From positions 108,572-172,571 of the forward strand of contig CAVZDP010000001.1 in assembly GCA_963774075.1 (NCBI GenBank): DNA of 64,000 nt, read 5' to 3'. Below are positions 19,507 through 28,934 of this stretch, in pieces. The stretch is from an uncultured Solirubrobacterales bacterium. Lineage in GTDB: Bacteria; Actinomycetota; Thermoleophilia; Solirubrobacterales; JBBDJG01. The notes beneath the pieces were generated by a model. It was given only the letters and a program-made list of their open reading frames with translations. It was not told the origin of the DNA and made no database searches. A program made the translations under genes and the position numbers. The first letter of the stretch is position 1, and each line of letters begins with the position of its first letter.

Positions 19507-20133
19507 ATGGCGGGAATCATCGGACGAAAGCTCGGCATGACCCAGATCTTCACCGACGAGGGAGAGCGCATCGCGGTGACGGTGATCCAGGCCGGTCCCT
19601 GTCCGGTCACGGCGGTGCGCGACCCCGATCGCGACGGCTACCGCGCCATCCAGCTCGCCTACGGCGACACGCGCGAGAAGCTCCTATCGAAGCCGAAGCT
19701 CGGGCACCTGAAGAAGGCGGGCGCGCCGCCGCTTCGAAAGCTCGCTGAGTTTCGCGGCGAGGGCGGCGACGACACGAAGATTGGCGACTCGGTGACCGTG
19801 GGCGCCTTCGAGGCCGGTCAACGCATCAAGGTCACCGCTCGCTCTAAGGGCAAGGGGTTCCAGGGAACGATCCGCCGGCACCGCTTCCATCGCGGCCCGG
19901 TCAGCCACGGCTCGCACAACGTCCGCGCGCCCGGCTCGATCGGCGCCAGCGCGACGCCGTCCCGCGTGTTCAAGGGCATAAAGATGCCCGGCCAGATGGG
20001 CAACCGCCAAGTCACGCAACGCGGCCTCGAGCTCGTGGCGATCGACGGCGAGAAGAACCTGCTGCTGGTGAGGGGAGCCGTCCCGGGCCCGACCGGCGGC
20101 CTCGTCGAGGTGCGAAGCGAGGGCGCTCGATGA
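19507..20133 (+). CDS. rplC: 50S ribosomal protein L3
   Basis: 208 aa, MAGIIGRKLGMTQIF..GKGFQG..; operon order. Confidence 0.97.
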   Translation: MAGIIGRKLGMTQIFTDEGERIAVTVIQAGPCPVTAVRDPDRDGYRAIQLAYGDTREKLLSKPKLGHLKKAGAPPLRKLAEFRGEGGDDTKIGDSVTVGAFEAGQRIKVTARSKGKGFQGTIRRHRFHRGPVSHGSHNVRAPGSIGASATPSRVFKGIKMPGQMGNRQVTQRGLELVAIDGEKNLLLVRGAVPGPTGGLVEVRSEGAR

Positions 20134-20771
20134 GCATCACGGCGCCAAAGCTCACCGGCCAGGGAACGGTCGACCTTCCCGAGCGCGTGTTCGGCGAGCG
20201 CTTCCACGAAGCCGTCGTCTGGGAGGCTGCGCGGGCCGAGCAGCTCGCGCGCAGGCGCGGCACGGCCGCGACACGCAGCCGCGGAGAGGTCAGGGGCGGC
20301 GGCGCCAAGCCCTGGCGCCAGAAGGGCACGGGCCGTGCGCGCATCGGCTCGAACCGCGCCCCGCACTGGACGGGCGGGGGAGTGACCTTCGGGCCGAGCC
20401 CGCGCGACTACACGGTGAAGGTGAACCGCAAGGCGCGTCGCCGCGCGCTGCGCGCGGCGCTCAGCCTGCACGCGGAGCGCGGGAGCATCTCCATCGTCGA
20501 CGCCGCGTCCTTCGACGAGCCGTCGACCGCCAAGGCTGCCGACGCTCTCGAGAAGGGCAAGACCGAGCTCCCGGTGCTCGTGCTGCTGGGCGAGGAGGAG
20601 GCGGCCTGCGCGAAGTCCTTCCGCAACATCGCAGGGGTGAGCGTGCTCGCCGCAGAGGACGCCGGCGTGGCGGACCTGCTGGCTGCGGCGACCGTGGTCG
20701 CCTCCGAGGTGGCGCTCGCCGGTCTGGAGCAGGCGACCGCCGACCTCAAGCGCGGGGAGGGTGTGGGCTGA
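20130..20771 (+). CDS. rplD: 50S ribosomal protein L4
   Basis: 213 aa; ATGA overlap with rplC; ..GGGAKPWRQKGTGRAR.GS.R.P.W.GGG.. Confidence 0.96.
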   Translation: MSITAPKLTGQGTVDLPERVFGERFHEAVVWEAARAEQLARRRGTAATRSRGEVRGGGAKPWRQKGTGRARIGSNRAPHWTGGGVTFGPSPRDYTVKVNRKARRRALRAALSLHAERGSISIVDAASFDEPSTAKAADALEKGKTELPVLVLLGEEEAACAKSFRNIAGVSVLAAEDAGVADLLAAATVVASEVALAGLEQATADLKRGEGVG

Positions 20772-21070
20772 TGGACGCTCATCAAATCGTCATCCGCCCG
20801 GTTGTATCCGAGAAGAGCTACGCGCTGATAGCGCAGAACAAGTACACGTTTCGCGTGCACCCGGACGCACACAAGACCCAGATCAGGCAGGCTGTGGAGC
20901 AGATCTTCGAGGTCACCGTCACCGACGTGAGGACGATCAAGCTGCGCCCGAAGCCCAAGCGACGCGGCTGGACGTCGGGCCACACGCGCGGCTGGAAGAA
21001 GGCGATCGTGGAGCTCGCTCCCGGCGATCGCATCGACCTCTTCGAGGGCGCCGCGCTCGAGTCGGAGTAA
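20771..21070 (+). CDS. rplW: 50S ribosomal protein L23
   Basis: 99 aa, ..[15 protein letters not shown]...KTQI..AVE..F.V.V..V.T. Confidence 0.96.
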   Translation: MDAHQIVIRPVVSEKSYALIAQNKYTFRVHPDAHKTQIRQAVEQIFEVTVTDVRTIKLRPKPKRRGWTSGHTRGWKKAIVELAPGDRIDLFEGAALESE

Positions 21071-21074
21071 TCCA

Positions 21075-21911
21075 ATGCCCGTCAAGAAACACAAGCCCAC
21101 GTCTCCCGGTCGCCGCTTCGCCACCTGGCTCGAGCGGTCCGAGGTGACCCGCTCCGAGCCGCAGAAGTCCCTCGTAAAGGGCAAGTCCGGGTCCGGCGGA
21201 CGCAACTCGCGCGGGCGGGTGACGAGCCGCCACCGCGGCGGCGGCGCCAAGCGCCGCTATCGCGACGTCGACTTCAAGCGCCGCAAGGATGGCGTGCCGG
21301 CCAAGGTGGCCGCGATCGAGTACGACCCCAACCGCAGCGCTCACATCGCACTGCTGCACTACCTCGACGGCGAGAAGCGCTACATCCTCGCGCCGCAGCG
21401 GCTTCAGGTCGGGATGGTCGTGAGCTCGGGCGAGAAGGCCGAGATTCAGGTCGGCAACACGTTGCCCCTGGCACGCATCCCGACCGGCACGGTCGTGCAC
21501 AACGTCGAGCTCACGCCCGGCCGCGGCGGCCAGCTGGGGCGTTCCGCCGGTGCGTCGATCCAGCTCGTCGCAAAGGAGGGAAGGCACGCGACCCTGCGGC
21601 TGCCCTCCGGGGAGATGCGAATGGTCCCGGCCGAAGCGCGCGCGACGATCGGCGCGATCGGCAACGCCGACCACGAGAACGTCACGATCGGCAAGGCCGG
21701 TCGAAATCGTCACCGCGGGATTCGCCCGCAGACGCGCGGTACCGCGATGAACCCCGTCGACCACCCGCACGGTGGAGGCGAGGGCAAGACGACAGCCGGC
21801 CGCCATCCGGTCACCCCATGGGGAGTGCCCACGCTCGGCTACCGCACGCGCAAGAAGAACAAGCCGTCCGGCCGCTTCATCGTGCGAGGACGACGGAGAG
21901 GGAAGAGGTAA
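21075..21911 (+). CDS. rplB: 50S ribosomal protein L2
   Basis: 278 aa, ..[23 protein letters not shown]..; ..[13 protein letters not shown].. Confidence 0.98.
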   Translation: MPVKKHKPTSPGRRFATWLERSEVTRSEPQKSLVKGKSGSGGRNSRGRVTSRHRGGGAKRRYRDVDFKRRKDGVPAKVAAIEYDPNRSAHIALLHYLDGEKRYILAPQRLQVGMVVSSGEKAEIQVGNTLPLARIPTGTVVHNVELTPGRGGQLGRSAGASIQLVAKEGRHATLRLPSGEMRMVPAEARATIGAIGNADHENVTIGKAGRNRHRGIRPQTRGTAMNPVDHPHGGGEGKTTAGRHPVTPWGVPTLGYRTRKKNKPSGRFIVRGRRRGKR

Positions 21912-21914
21912 GGA

Positions 21915-22184
21915 ATGGGTCGTTCCACCAAGAAGGGACCGTGGGCCGAGGAGCGCTTGATGCAACGCATCCAGCGGATGAACGAAGCCGGTGAGAAGCG
22001 AATCATCAACACCTGGTCGCGCGCTTCGACCGTCTTCCCCGAGATGGTTGGCCACACGATCGGGGTTCACGACGGGCGCCGCCACGTGCCCGTCTTCGTC
22101 ACCGAGTCGATGGTCGGTCACAAGCTCGGGGAGTTCGCTCCCACGCGGACCTTCCGCGGACACTCCGGCGGCGACAGGAGGTAG
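21915..22184 (+). CDS. rpsS: 30S ribosomal protein S19
   Basis: 89 aa, [10 protein letters not shown]....[28 protein letters not shown]. Confidence 0.97.
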   Translation: MGRSTKKGPWAEERLMQRIQRMNEAGEKRIINTWSRASTVFPEMVGHTIGVHDGRRHVPVFVTESMVGHKLGEFAPTRTFRGHSGGDRR

Positions 22185-22189
22185 CAGCC

Positions 22190-22891
22190 ATGGCGGTGGA
22201 GCGCAAGAAGGACGACGAGCCAAAGACCGGCGGGCAGGCGGCCGGCTCGAAGGGCAAGGCCGGGGCCTCGGACCAGGCCGCGAAGGCCGAGGAGGGCGCA
22301 AAGGCCTCCAAGGCCTCGCCCAAGGCACGCCAGCCAAAGCCCGAGGCCAAGCAGGCTGGCGGCAAGGCGAAGTCCGAAGCCGCGACTCCCGCGCGCCCGC
22401 GAGCAGCACGCAAGCCTCGGGCGAGCGCCAAGAAAGCGCCCGCGACTGCCACGCAGCCATCAGGCGAGGGGGCCGAGCCGTCCAAGCGCGGAGCTCGTCC
22501 CCGCCGCCGCGCGACGCCCGCGGCCGAAACGCCACGGCGCGCTCCCGAGAGGCCGGTCGTGCGAGCGCAGGCCAAGTACGTCCGCTCCTCCGCGCGCAAG
22601 GCGAGGCTCGTAATCGAGCACATCCGCGGCAAGTCCGTCGTCGAGGCCCAAGCGGTGTTGCGCCACACGCCGCGTGCGGTTGCCCGCGACGTCGAGAAGC
22701 TGCTGAAGTCGGCGATCGCCAACGCCGAGAACAATCACGAGCTGGTGGGCGACGACCTCCGGGTCAAGGAGGTCTACGCAGACGAGGGCCCGACCTTGAA
22801 GCGCTTTCGCCCGCGCGCTCAGGGGCGCGCCACGCGCATCCGGAAGCGCACCAGCCATCTGACTGTAACCCTCACCCCGAAGGAGGACTAG
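22190..22891 (+). CDS. rplV: 50S ribosomal protein L22 with ~115-aa basic Ala/Lys/Pro-rich N-terminal extension
   Basis: ATG after AGGAGG. The C-terminal ~115 aa are canonical L22 (..[27 protein letters not shown]...P....V.KLL.SA.ANAE.N..). The N-terminus is [39 protein letters not shown]... Confidence 0.93.
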   Translation: MAVERKKDDEPKTGGQAAGSKGKAGASDQAAKAEEGAKASKASPKARQPKPEAKQAGGKAKSEAATPARPRAARKPRASAKKAPATATQPSGEGAEPSKRGARPRRRATPAAETPRRAPERPVVRAQAKYVRSSARKARLVIEHIRGKSVVEAQAVLRHTPRAVARDVEKLLKSAIANAENNHELVGDDLRVKEVYADEGPTLKRFRPRAQGRATRIRKRTSHLTVTLTPKED

Positions 22892-23053
22892 TGCCCCATC
22901 TCGGAGATCACACCCGTTCTGGCTCGCTGCAATCCTTCGCGGCTGCTGCGTCCTCGGTCGCTCAAATAGTGCATGACTATTCGGGCTCCCTGCGTCCTTG
23001 CCCCGCTCGGCTTTCGCGGCCAGAAGCGGGCGTGACCCCCGGGATGGGGCACT
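22890..23053 (+). repeat. 164-bp intergenic element with 26-bp imperfect terminal inverted repeats (MITE-like / long-range stem), family member A
   Basis: Left arm AGTGCCCCATCTCGGAGATCACACCC (22890-22915) matches the reverse complement of the right arm (23028-23053) at 22 of 26 positions. The internal core GCGTCCTCGGTCGC..hairpin..CGGGCTCCCTGCGTCCTTGCC is shared with 31668-31719. Confidence 0.65.
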
Positions 23054-23054
23054 G

Positions 23055-23786
23055 ATGGGCCAAAAGGTGCACCCCGAGGGACTTCGCGTCGGCTACATCC
23101 ATGACTGGAAGTCCAACTGGTTCAACGAGCGGGACTTCGCCGACTACCTGCACGAGGATCTCGAGATCCGCAAGCACATCGAGAACAAGCTCAGCCACGC
23201 CGGACTGTCCTCGATCACGATCCGCAAGGACAAGAACGAGGTGACGGTGGACATCCACACCGCTCGCCCGGGGATCGTGATCGGCAAGTCGGGCGCCGAA
23301 GTGGACGCGCTGCGCCGCGAGCTGCACAAGATGACCAGCAAGCAGGTGCGCGTGAACATCCTCGAGGTGAAGCGCCCGGAGCTCGACGCCAAGCTCGTCG
23401 CTCAGTCGATCGCCGAGCAGCTCCAGAACCGCGTCGCCTTCCGGCGCGCGATGAAGCGCGCGATCACGTCGGCGATGCGCTCCGGCGCGGTCGGCGTGAG
23501 GGTGCAGGTCTCCGGCCGGCTCGGCGGCTCGGAGATGGCCCGCACGGAGTTCTATTCCGAAGGGCGGGTCCCGCTGCACACGCTGCGTGCGGACATCGAC
23601 TACGGCCTGCACGAGGCGCGCACGACATTTGGGCGCATTGGCGTCAAGTGCTGGATCAACAAGGGCGAGGTCATGCCCGTCGGCTACGGGCGCCAAGACG
23701 GCGAGGCAGTTCCGCCGCCGCCACCACAGCGCCCACAGCGCCCGCAGGGCGACCGTGGCGGCCGCCGGGGGCAGAGGGGTAGGTAG
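23055..23786 (+). CDS. rpsC: 30S ribosomal protein S3 (Pro/Arg/Gly-rich C-terminal tail)
   Basis: ATG at 23055 gives [23 protein letters not shown]... The track start at 22998 lies inside the repeat element. Confidence 0.96.
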   Translation: MGQKVHPEGLRVGYIHDWKSNWFNERDFADYLHEDLEIRKHIENKLSHAGLSSITIRKDKNEVTVDIHTARPGIVIGKSGAEVDALRRELHKMTSKQVRVNILEVKRPELDAKLVAQSIAEQLQNRVAFRRAMKRAITSAMRSGAVGVRVQVSGRLGGSEMARTEFYSEGRVPLHTLRADIDYGLHEARTTFGRIGVKCWINKGEVMPVGYGRQDGEAVPPPPPQRPQRPQGDRGGRRGQRGR

Positions 23787-23791
23787 GCGCC

Positions 23792-24205
23792 ATGCTGATG
23801 CCTAAGCGGGTAAAGCACCGCAAGCAGCATCGGGGCCGCAGAGCCGGCTACTCGAAGGGCGGCACGACCGTCCAGTTCGGCGAGTACGGCCTGAAGGCCC
23901 TCGACGCCGGCTGGATCACGAACCGCCAGATCGAGGCCGCGCGTGTCGCGATGACGCGAAAGATCAAGCGTGGGGGAAAGGTCTGGATCAACATCTTTCC
24001 CGACAAGCCGGTGACGAAGAAGCCGGCCGAAACGCGCATGGGCTCGGGCAAGGGATCACCCGAGTCCTGGGTGGCGGTCGTGAAGCCCGGGCGCGTGATG
24101 TTCGAGCTCGCCGGTGTGCCCGAGCAGCTGGCCCGCGAGGCGATGCGCCTGGCCGGCCACAAGTTGCCTATCCGGACCAAGATCGTGCTGCGCGAGGAAC
24201 AGTAA
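23792..24205 (+). CDS. rplP: 50S ribosomal protein L16
   Basis: 137 aa, [17 protein letters not shown].....FGEYGL.A. Confidence 0.97.
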   Translation: MLMPKRVKHRKQHRGRRAGYSKGGTTVQFGEYGLKALDAGWITNRQIEAARVAMTRKIKRGGKVWINIFPDKPVTKKPAETRMGSGKGSPESWVAVVKPGRVMFELAGVPEQLAREAMRLAGHKLPIRTKIVLREEQ

Positions 24206-24266
24206 TGGCCGCTTCACGGACAGCTAAAGGCACGAGAGTCGGCCTCGAGGCCGACTACCGGAACAG

Positions 24267-24479
24267 ATGAAGACCAAAGAAGTGAGAAACCTCGACAACG
24301 ACCAGCTCGTGGACAAGGTGCGCGAGTTCAGGGCGGAGCTGTTCAACCTCCGCTTCCAGAACTCGACCGGTGAGCTCGAGAACACAGGGCGCCTGACCGA
24401 GGCTCGGCGCTCGCTCGCTCGCACGCTCACGATCGCGAAAGAGCGGGGGATCGACGTCGACGCCGCCCTGCGGCGTTAG
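24267..24479 (+). CDS. rpmC: 50S ribosomal protein L29
   Basis: 70 aa, ..EL...L..LRFQ..TGQLEN.. pattern ([20 protein letters not shown]). Confidence 0.93.
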   Translation: MKTKEVRNLDNDQLVDKVREFRAELFNLRFQNSTGELENTGRLTEARRSLARTLTIAKERGIDVDAALRR

Positions 24480-24494
24480 GAACCGGAGAGAGCG

Positions 24495-25202
24495 ATGCAG
24501 GACGAAGAGAAGCAAGAGCAGCCCGAAGAGCAGCAGCCCGCAGCCGACGAGGCCGCGCCGGAAGCCCCGGCGGCGGAGGAGGCTGCGGTGGAACAGCCCG
24601 CCGGCGAAGAGCCCGCGGCAGAGGAGTCTGCGGCGGAAGAGCCCGCGGCAGAGGAGCCTGCGGCAGAGGAGCCTGCGGCAGAGGAGCCTGCGGCAGAGGC
24701 TCCCGCCAAGCCCCCCGCTGCAGCTCCCGCCGAGGACGAGGCGGAGCCGCTCACGCCCAAGCAGCAGCGCAAGCTCGCCCGGTCCCGCGCGAATGGAACC
24801 GCTGCGCCGACGCGCTCGGCGGACGAGCGCGCCCGCGAGCGCTCCGAGCGGCGCACCTCCAAGGCCGCGGGACGCACCCGCTGGCGGCGCAAGCAACGCG
24901 AGCGCAGCCACGCCGAGCCGTCCCAGCCTCGTCCACAGAAGGAGCCTGCGGCCAAGGGCGCGCCCAAGGTCAGGCGCGGAGTGGTCGTCTCCAGCAAGCC
25001 CGACAAAACCATCACGGTCCGGACCGACGCCGTTCGCCCGCATCCGCGCTACGGCAAGGTCATCCGAAACACCAACACGCTTCATGCCCACGACGAGAAG
25101 AACCAGGCAAACGAGGGCGACGTGGTGCGGGTCGTCGAGACGCGGCCGCTCTCACGTACCAAGCGCTGGCTGCTGCTCGAGATCGTGGAGAGAGCCCGGT
25201 GA
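24495..25202 (+). CDS. rpsQ: 30S ribosomal protein S17 with ~150-aa N-terminal extension (acidic PAAEE repeats then basic segment)
   Basis: The C-terminal ~85 aa are canonical S17 (..[19 protein letters not shown]...HP.YGK.I....TLHAHDE.N.A.EGD.V...ETRPLS.TKRW.L). One uninterrupted 235-aa ORF, ATG after GGAGAG. Confidence 0.9.
   Translation: MQDEEKQEQPEEQQPAADEAAPEAPAAEEAAVEQPAGEEPAAEESAAEEPAAEEPAAEEPAAEEPAAEAPAKPPAAAPAEDEAEPLTPKQQRKLARSRANGTAAPTRSADERARERSERRTSKAAGRTRWRRKQRERSHAEPSQPRPQKEPAAKGAPKVRRGVVVSSKPDKTITVRTDAVRPHPRYGKVIRNTNTLHAHDEKNQANEGDVVRVVETRPLSRTKRWLLLEIVERAR
24600..24704 (+). repeat. Seven tandem 15-bp coding repeats (GCGGCAGAGGAGCCT-like) inside rpsQ
   Basis: Units start at 24600, 24615, 24630, 24645, 24660, 24675 and 24690. 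Three central units are identical. Each encodes an (A/P)AEE(P/S) pentapeptide. Confidence 0.85.
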
Positions 25203-25567
25203 TCCAGGCGGAAAGTCGCATCAAGGTTGCCGACAACACCGGAGCGCGGGAGATCCTTTGCATACGCGTCAAGGGCGGCTCCCACCGCCGCTACGCGGGC
25301 GTCGGCGACGTCATCGTCGGCACGGTGAAGAGCGCGGCGCCGCAGGGCTCGGTGCGCAAAGGGGAGATCGTGCAGGCCGTAGTCGTACGCACCCGTAAGG
25401 AGCTCGGGCGCAAGGACGGCACCTACATCGCCTTCGACGAGAACGCGGCCGTGCTGATCGACAATGCGAACAACCCTCGCGGCACGCGCATCTTCGGCCC
25501 TGTCGCCCGAGAGCTTCGCGAGCGCAACTACATGAAGATCGTGTCCCTCGCTCCCGAGGTGCTCTAG
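25199..25567 (+). CDS. rplN: 50S ribosomal protein L14
   Basis: GTG start overlapping the rpsQ stop; [24 protein letters not shown].. Confidence 0.97.
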   Translation: MIQAESRIKVADNTGAREILCIRVKGGSHRRYAGVGDVIVGTVKSAAPQGSVRKGEIVQAVVVRTRKELGRKDGTYIAFDENAAVLIDNANNPRGTRIFGPVARELRERNYMKIVSLAPEVL

Positions 25568-25572
25568 TACTA

Positions 25573-25905
25573 GTGGCTACTAGGATCCGCCGCGACGACA
25601 TCGTGCAGGTGATGGCCGGCAAGGACGCGGGCAAGACCGGCAAGGTGCTGCGTGTCGACCCGAAGAAGAACCGTCTCTATGTCGAGGGCCTCAACATCGT
25701 CAAGCGCCACCAGCGACCGCGCTCGCTCAAGCAGACGCAGCAGCGCGGCCAGGTCGGAGGGGTGGTCGAGAAAGAGGCTCCGATCCACGTCTCGAACGTG
25801 ATGCTCGTCGACCCCAAGGACAACACTCCGACCAGGCTCGGCGTGGACCGCTCGGGAGGCAAGCGCGTGCGCGTGACCAAGCGTTCCGGCACGAGGATCG
25901 AGTGA
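25573..25905 (+). CDS. rplX: 50S ribosomal protein L24
   Basis: GTG start within CTAGTGGCT; ..[24 protein letters not shown].. Confidence 0.95.
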   Translation: MATRIRRDDIVQVMAGKDAGKTGKVLRVDPKKNRLYVEGLNIVKRHQRPRSLKQTQQRGQVGGVVEKEAPIHVSNVMLVDPKDNTPTRLGVDRSGGKRVRVTKRSGTRIE

Positions 25906-26708
25906 TGGCAGCGCGTCTCAAGGACAGGTATCAGAAGGAAATACGGCCGCAGCTGTTCGAGCGGTTCCGCTACAAGAGCCCGATGCAGATACCGCGGGTG
26001 GAGAAGATCACGCTCAACATGGGTGTGGGAGAGGCAAAGCTAAATACCGCGATGCTCGATGCCGCGAGCGAGCAGCTCGCCACGATCTCGGGCCAGCGCC
26101 CGCAGGTGCGCCGGGCGCGCAAGTCGATCGCCAACTTCAAGCTGCGCGAGGGCATGCCGGTCGGCGTGAGGGTGACGCTGCGAGGAGAGCGGATGTACGA
26201 GATGCTCGATCGCCTCCAGTCGATCGCCATCCCGCGGATTCGCGACTTTCGCGGCCTCAGCCCACGCTCCTTCGACGGGCGCGGCAACTACTCGCTCGGC
26301 ATTCGCGAGCAAATCATCTTCCCGGAGGTCGACTACGACTCGATCGACCAGGTGCGAGGCCTCGACGTCGCGATCACAACGTCCGCCAAGACCGACGAGG
26401 AGGCCTTCGAGCTGCTGCAATTGCTCGGCATGCCCTTCCGGGCCGAGGGATCGGAGCGCCGCGCCGGCACCGCGACGGAGGAGCCTGAGGCCGAGGATAC
26501 TGAGGAGCCGCCCGCAGCCGAGGAGCCCGTGGTGGAGGAGCCGCCGGCCGAGGAGCCCACCGCCGAAGAGCCGCCGGCAGAAGAGCCGCCGGCAGAAGAG
26601 CAGCCGGCCGAAGAGCCAGCCGCCGAGGCAGCAGACGAGAAGCCAGCGGCCGAGGCCGATTCCACACCAGACGAAACCGAAGAGGAAGGACAGGAGGAGC
26701 AGAGCTGA
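25905..26708 (+). CDS. rplE: 50S ribosomal protein L5 with ~85-aa acidic C-terminal extension
   Basis: ATG at 25905 overlaps the rplX stop (GTG at 25902 is an alternative). Canonical L5 runs to ~aa 180 (..[23 protein letters not shown]..). The tail is [42 protein letters not shown]... Confidence 0.94.
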   Translation: MAARLKDRYQKEIRPQLFERFRYKSPMQIPRVEKITLNMGVGEAKLNTAMLDAASEQLATISGQRPQVRRARKSIANFKLREGMPVGVRVTLRGERMYEMLDRLQSIAIPRIRDFRGLSPRSFDGRGNYSLGIREQIIFPEVDYDSIDQVRGLDVAITTSAKTDEEAFELLQLLGMPFRAEGSERRAGTATEEPEAEDTEEPPAAEEPVVEEPPAEEPTAEEPPAEEPPAEEQPAEEPAAEAADEKPAAEADSTPDETEEEGQEEQS

Positions 26709-26711
26709 GAG

Positions 26712-26897
26712 ATGGCTAAGACGTCCCAGATCGTGCGCCAGCAGCGCGGCAGCAAGTACAAGACCCGCAACTACCACCGATGCCGCCGCTGCGGACGCGC
26801 CCGCGCCTACTACCGCAAGTTCGGTCTCTGCCGGATCTGCCTGCGCGAGATCGCGCACGAGGGCATGATCCCCGGCATGACGAAGTCCTCTTGGTGA
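26712..26897 (+). CDS. rpsN: 30S ribosomal protein S14, zinc-binding type Z
   Basis: 61 aa with CRRCGR...CRIC (CxxC..CxxC), ending KSSW. Confidence 0.95.
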   Translation: MAKTSQIVRQQRGSKYKTRNYHRCRRCGRARAYYRKFGLCRICLREIAHEGMIPGMTKSSW

Positions 26898-26913
26898 GCT
26901 TGCCGACGCGGAT

Positions 26914-27339
26914 ATGACCGACCCAGTCGCAGACTTCCTGACCCGTGTCCGGAACGCCGTAACGGCCGACCAGGACCACGTCGTGATCCCGGCCTCGGGG
27001 CTCAACCGCGAGCTCGCTCGGCTGCTCGTCGAGGAGGGCTACGTGGTGGGCTTCACGACGGACCGGCGTCGCCCGACCGGCCGCGGCAAGCACAAGGTGC
27101 GCTCCGAGTTCGACGTGCTCGTCGTCGAGCTCAAGTACACCGAGGATCGCGAGCCCGTGATCAGCGGACTGAAGCGGGTCTCCAAGCCCGGCCGGCGCGA
27201 ATACGTGACGGCCGACGAGCTTCCCCGCGTCCTGGGGGGCATGGGTACGGCAATCGTGACCACGTCCAAGGGCGTGATGACCGCCACCACCGCCCGCCGG
27301 GAGCACGTGGGCGGCGAAGTGCTCGCGTACGTGTGGTAA
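26914..27339 (+). CDS. rpsH: 30S ribosomal protein S8
   Basis: 141 aa, [15 protein letters not shown].......V.IP.S.....A..L..EGY; ends ..GGEVLAYVW. Confidence 0.96.
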   Translation: MTDPVADFLTRVRNAVTADQDHVVIPASGLNRELARLLVEEGYVVGFTTDRRRPTGRGKHKVRSEFDVLVVELKYTEDREPVISGLKRVSKPGRREYVTADELPRVLGGMGTAIVTTSKGVMTATTARREHVGGEVLAYVW

Positions 27340-27872
27340 TGAGTCGAATCGGCAGACTTCCCATTCAGGTACCCAGCGGCGTCGACGTCGATATCGAGCC
27401 TGGGCTCGTTCGCGTCAAGGGCCCCAAGGGCGCGCTGTCGCAGACCGTCTCGCGCGACATGAGCTTCGAGCGCGAGGACTCCCAGCTCGTCGTCAAGCGG
27501 CCTACCGACCGCAAGGACCACCGCGCGCTGCACGGCCTCACTCGCACGCTCGTCTACAACATGGTCGTCGGCGTCACAGAGGGGTTCGAGAAGCGGCTCG
27601 AGATCCAGGGCGTCGGTTATCGAGCGCAGCTCAAGGGCAACACCCTGGAGCTCGCGCTCGGCTACTCGCACCCGGTGAGGATCGATGCGCCGGAGGGAAT
27701 CGAGTTCGAAGTGCCGTTGCCGACGCAGGTCGTCGTGCGGGGCATCGACAAGCAGGCCGTTGGCGAGGTTGCCGCACGCGTCCGCAAGATGCGCCCGCCC
27801 GAGCCCTACAAGGGCAAGGGCGTTCGCTATGCGGGCGAGCACGTCGCACGCAAGGTCGGCAAGAGGGCGTGA
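27339..27872 (+). CDS. rplF: 50S ribosomal protein L6
   Basis: ATG at 27339 shares its A with the rpsH TAA; [17 protein letters not shown].. Confidence 0.95.
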   Translation: MSRIGRLPIQVPSGVDVDIEPGLVRVKGPKGALSQTVSRDMSFEREDSQLVVKRPTDRKDHRALHGLTRTLVYNMVVGVTEGFEKRLEIQGVGYRAQLKGNTLELALGYSHPVRIDAPEGIEFEVPLPTQVVVRGIDKQAVGEVAARVRKMRPPEPYKGKGVRYAGEHVARKVGKRA

Positions 27873-27885
27873 GCGGAGCATCGGA

Positions 27886-28245
27886 GTGACCACTGCGCTG
27901 CTCGACAAGCAAAGGCGCAAGACGCGCCGCCGCCGGCGCATCCGCGGCAAGGTGGCCGGAAGCAGGGAGCGGCCGCGCCTGTCGGTGCACCGATCGAACC
28001 GCGGAATCTTCGCTCAGCTCGTCGACGACGAACGTGGCGTGACGATCGCCTCGGCGAGCTGGATCGAGCCCGATCTGCGCGCGCTGCCCGCGATGGAGCA
28101 GGCGAAGCGCACGGGGGAGCTACTGGGCGAGCGAGCTCGCACCGCCGGCATCGAGACCTGCGTGTTCGACCGGGGCGGGTACAAGTACCACGGCCGCGTC
28201 AAGGCGCTGGCCGAGGGAGCGCGAAGTGGCGGACTTCGCTTCTAG
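27886..28245 (+). CDS. rplR: 50S ribosomal protein L18
   Basis: GTG at 27886, 8 nt after GGAG; ..[11 protein letters not shown]...RPRLSV.RSN..I.AQ..DD..G.T.ASAS; ends ..[22 protein letters not shown]. The track start at 27685 lies inside rplF. Confidence 0.93.
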   Translation: MTTALLDKQRRKTRRRRRIRGKVAGSRERPRLSVHRSNRGIFAQLVDDERGVTIASASWIEPDLRALPAMEQAKRTGELLGERARTAGIETCVFDRGGYKYHGRVKALAEGARSGGLRF

Positions 28246-28294
28246 TACCCTCATCCGAGTCGTGAAAGCCGGTACGAAAAGGCTAAGACGCTAG

Positions 28295-28900
28295 ATGGCA
28301 CGCAGAGATTCGATCAACCCGCAGGGTCTCGACCTCCAGGAGCGCGTGGTCACGATCAACCGTGTCGCCAAGGTCGTCAAGGGTGGGCGTCGCTTCTCGT
28401 TTACGGCGCTGGTCGTTGTCGGCGATGAGGATCGGCTCGTCGGAATCGGCTACGGCAAGGCGAACGAGGTTCCGCTCGCCATCCAGAAAGCTGTCGAGCG
28501 CGCCAAGAAGAGCCTGTTCCGCGCGCCGAAGCACGGGACGACGATCACGCATCAGGTCCTTGGCCGCTACGGCTCCGCCAAGGTGCTCCTCAAGCCCGCG
28601 TCCGAGGGTACCGGCGTCATCGCCGGAGGGCCCGTGCGCGCCGTGCTCGAGTTGGCGGGCATTCGCGACGTGCTCTCCAAGAGCCTCGGCAGCCAGAACC
28701 CGATCAACCTGGTGAAGGCGACGATGGCCGGGCTGCAGTCACTCAAGCGGCCCGAGCGCGTGGCGGAGCTACGAGGCAAGAGCATCTCGCACGTGCTGGG
28801 GATCGAGCGCGGCGAGGAGGCTGCGGAGGACACCGGCGAGGCGGAGGCGGCAGCCCCTGAGCCGCCGGAGCCTGCTCCGATCGGCGCACAGGAGGCCTAG
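28295..28900 (+). CDS. rpsE: 30S ribosomal protein S5 with acidic C-terminal tail
   Basis: 201 aa, ..[39 protein letters not shown].. Confidence 0.96.
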   Translation: MARRDSINPQGLDLQERVVTINRVAKVVKGGRRFSFTALVVVGDEDRLVGIGYGKANEVPLAIQKAVERAKKSLFRAPKHGTTITHQVLGRYGSAKVLLKPASEGTGVIAGGPVRAVLELAGIRDVLSKSLGSQNPINLVKATMAGLQSLKRPERVAELRGKSISHVLGIERGEEAAEDTGEAEAAAPEPPEPAPIGAQEA

Positions 28901-28932
28901 TGGCCCTTCCCGGAACCGAGAAGGACCACTAG
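28897..28932 (+). other. Stop/start junction hairpin (CTAGTGGCCC ... GGACCACTAG) between rpsE and rpmD
   Basis: Arms 28897-28906 and 28923-32 pair at 9 of 10 positions. The rpsE TAG (28898-28900) lies in the left arm. CGAGAAGGAC (28917-28926) spans the loop and right arm. The rpmD GTG lies 3 nt after the right arm. Confidence 0.6.
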
Positions 28933-28934
28933 CA

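Noticed and set aside
24238-24256. Perfect hairpin GTCGGCC-TCGA-GGCCGAC in the 61-nt rplP-rpmC spacer
   Set aside because: It is real as a palindrome. However, it is short, unique in the window, lacks a U-tract and has no link to the repeat families, so evidence for a function is insufficient.
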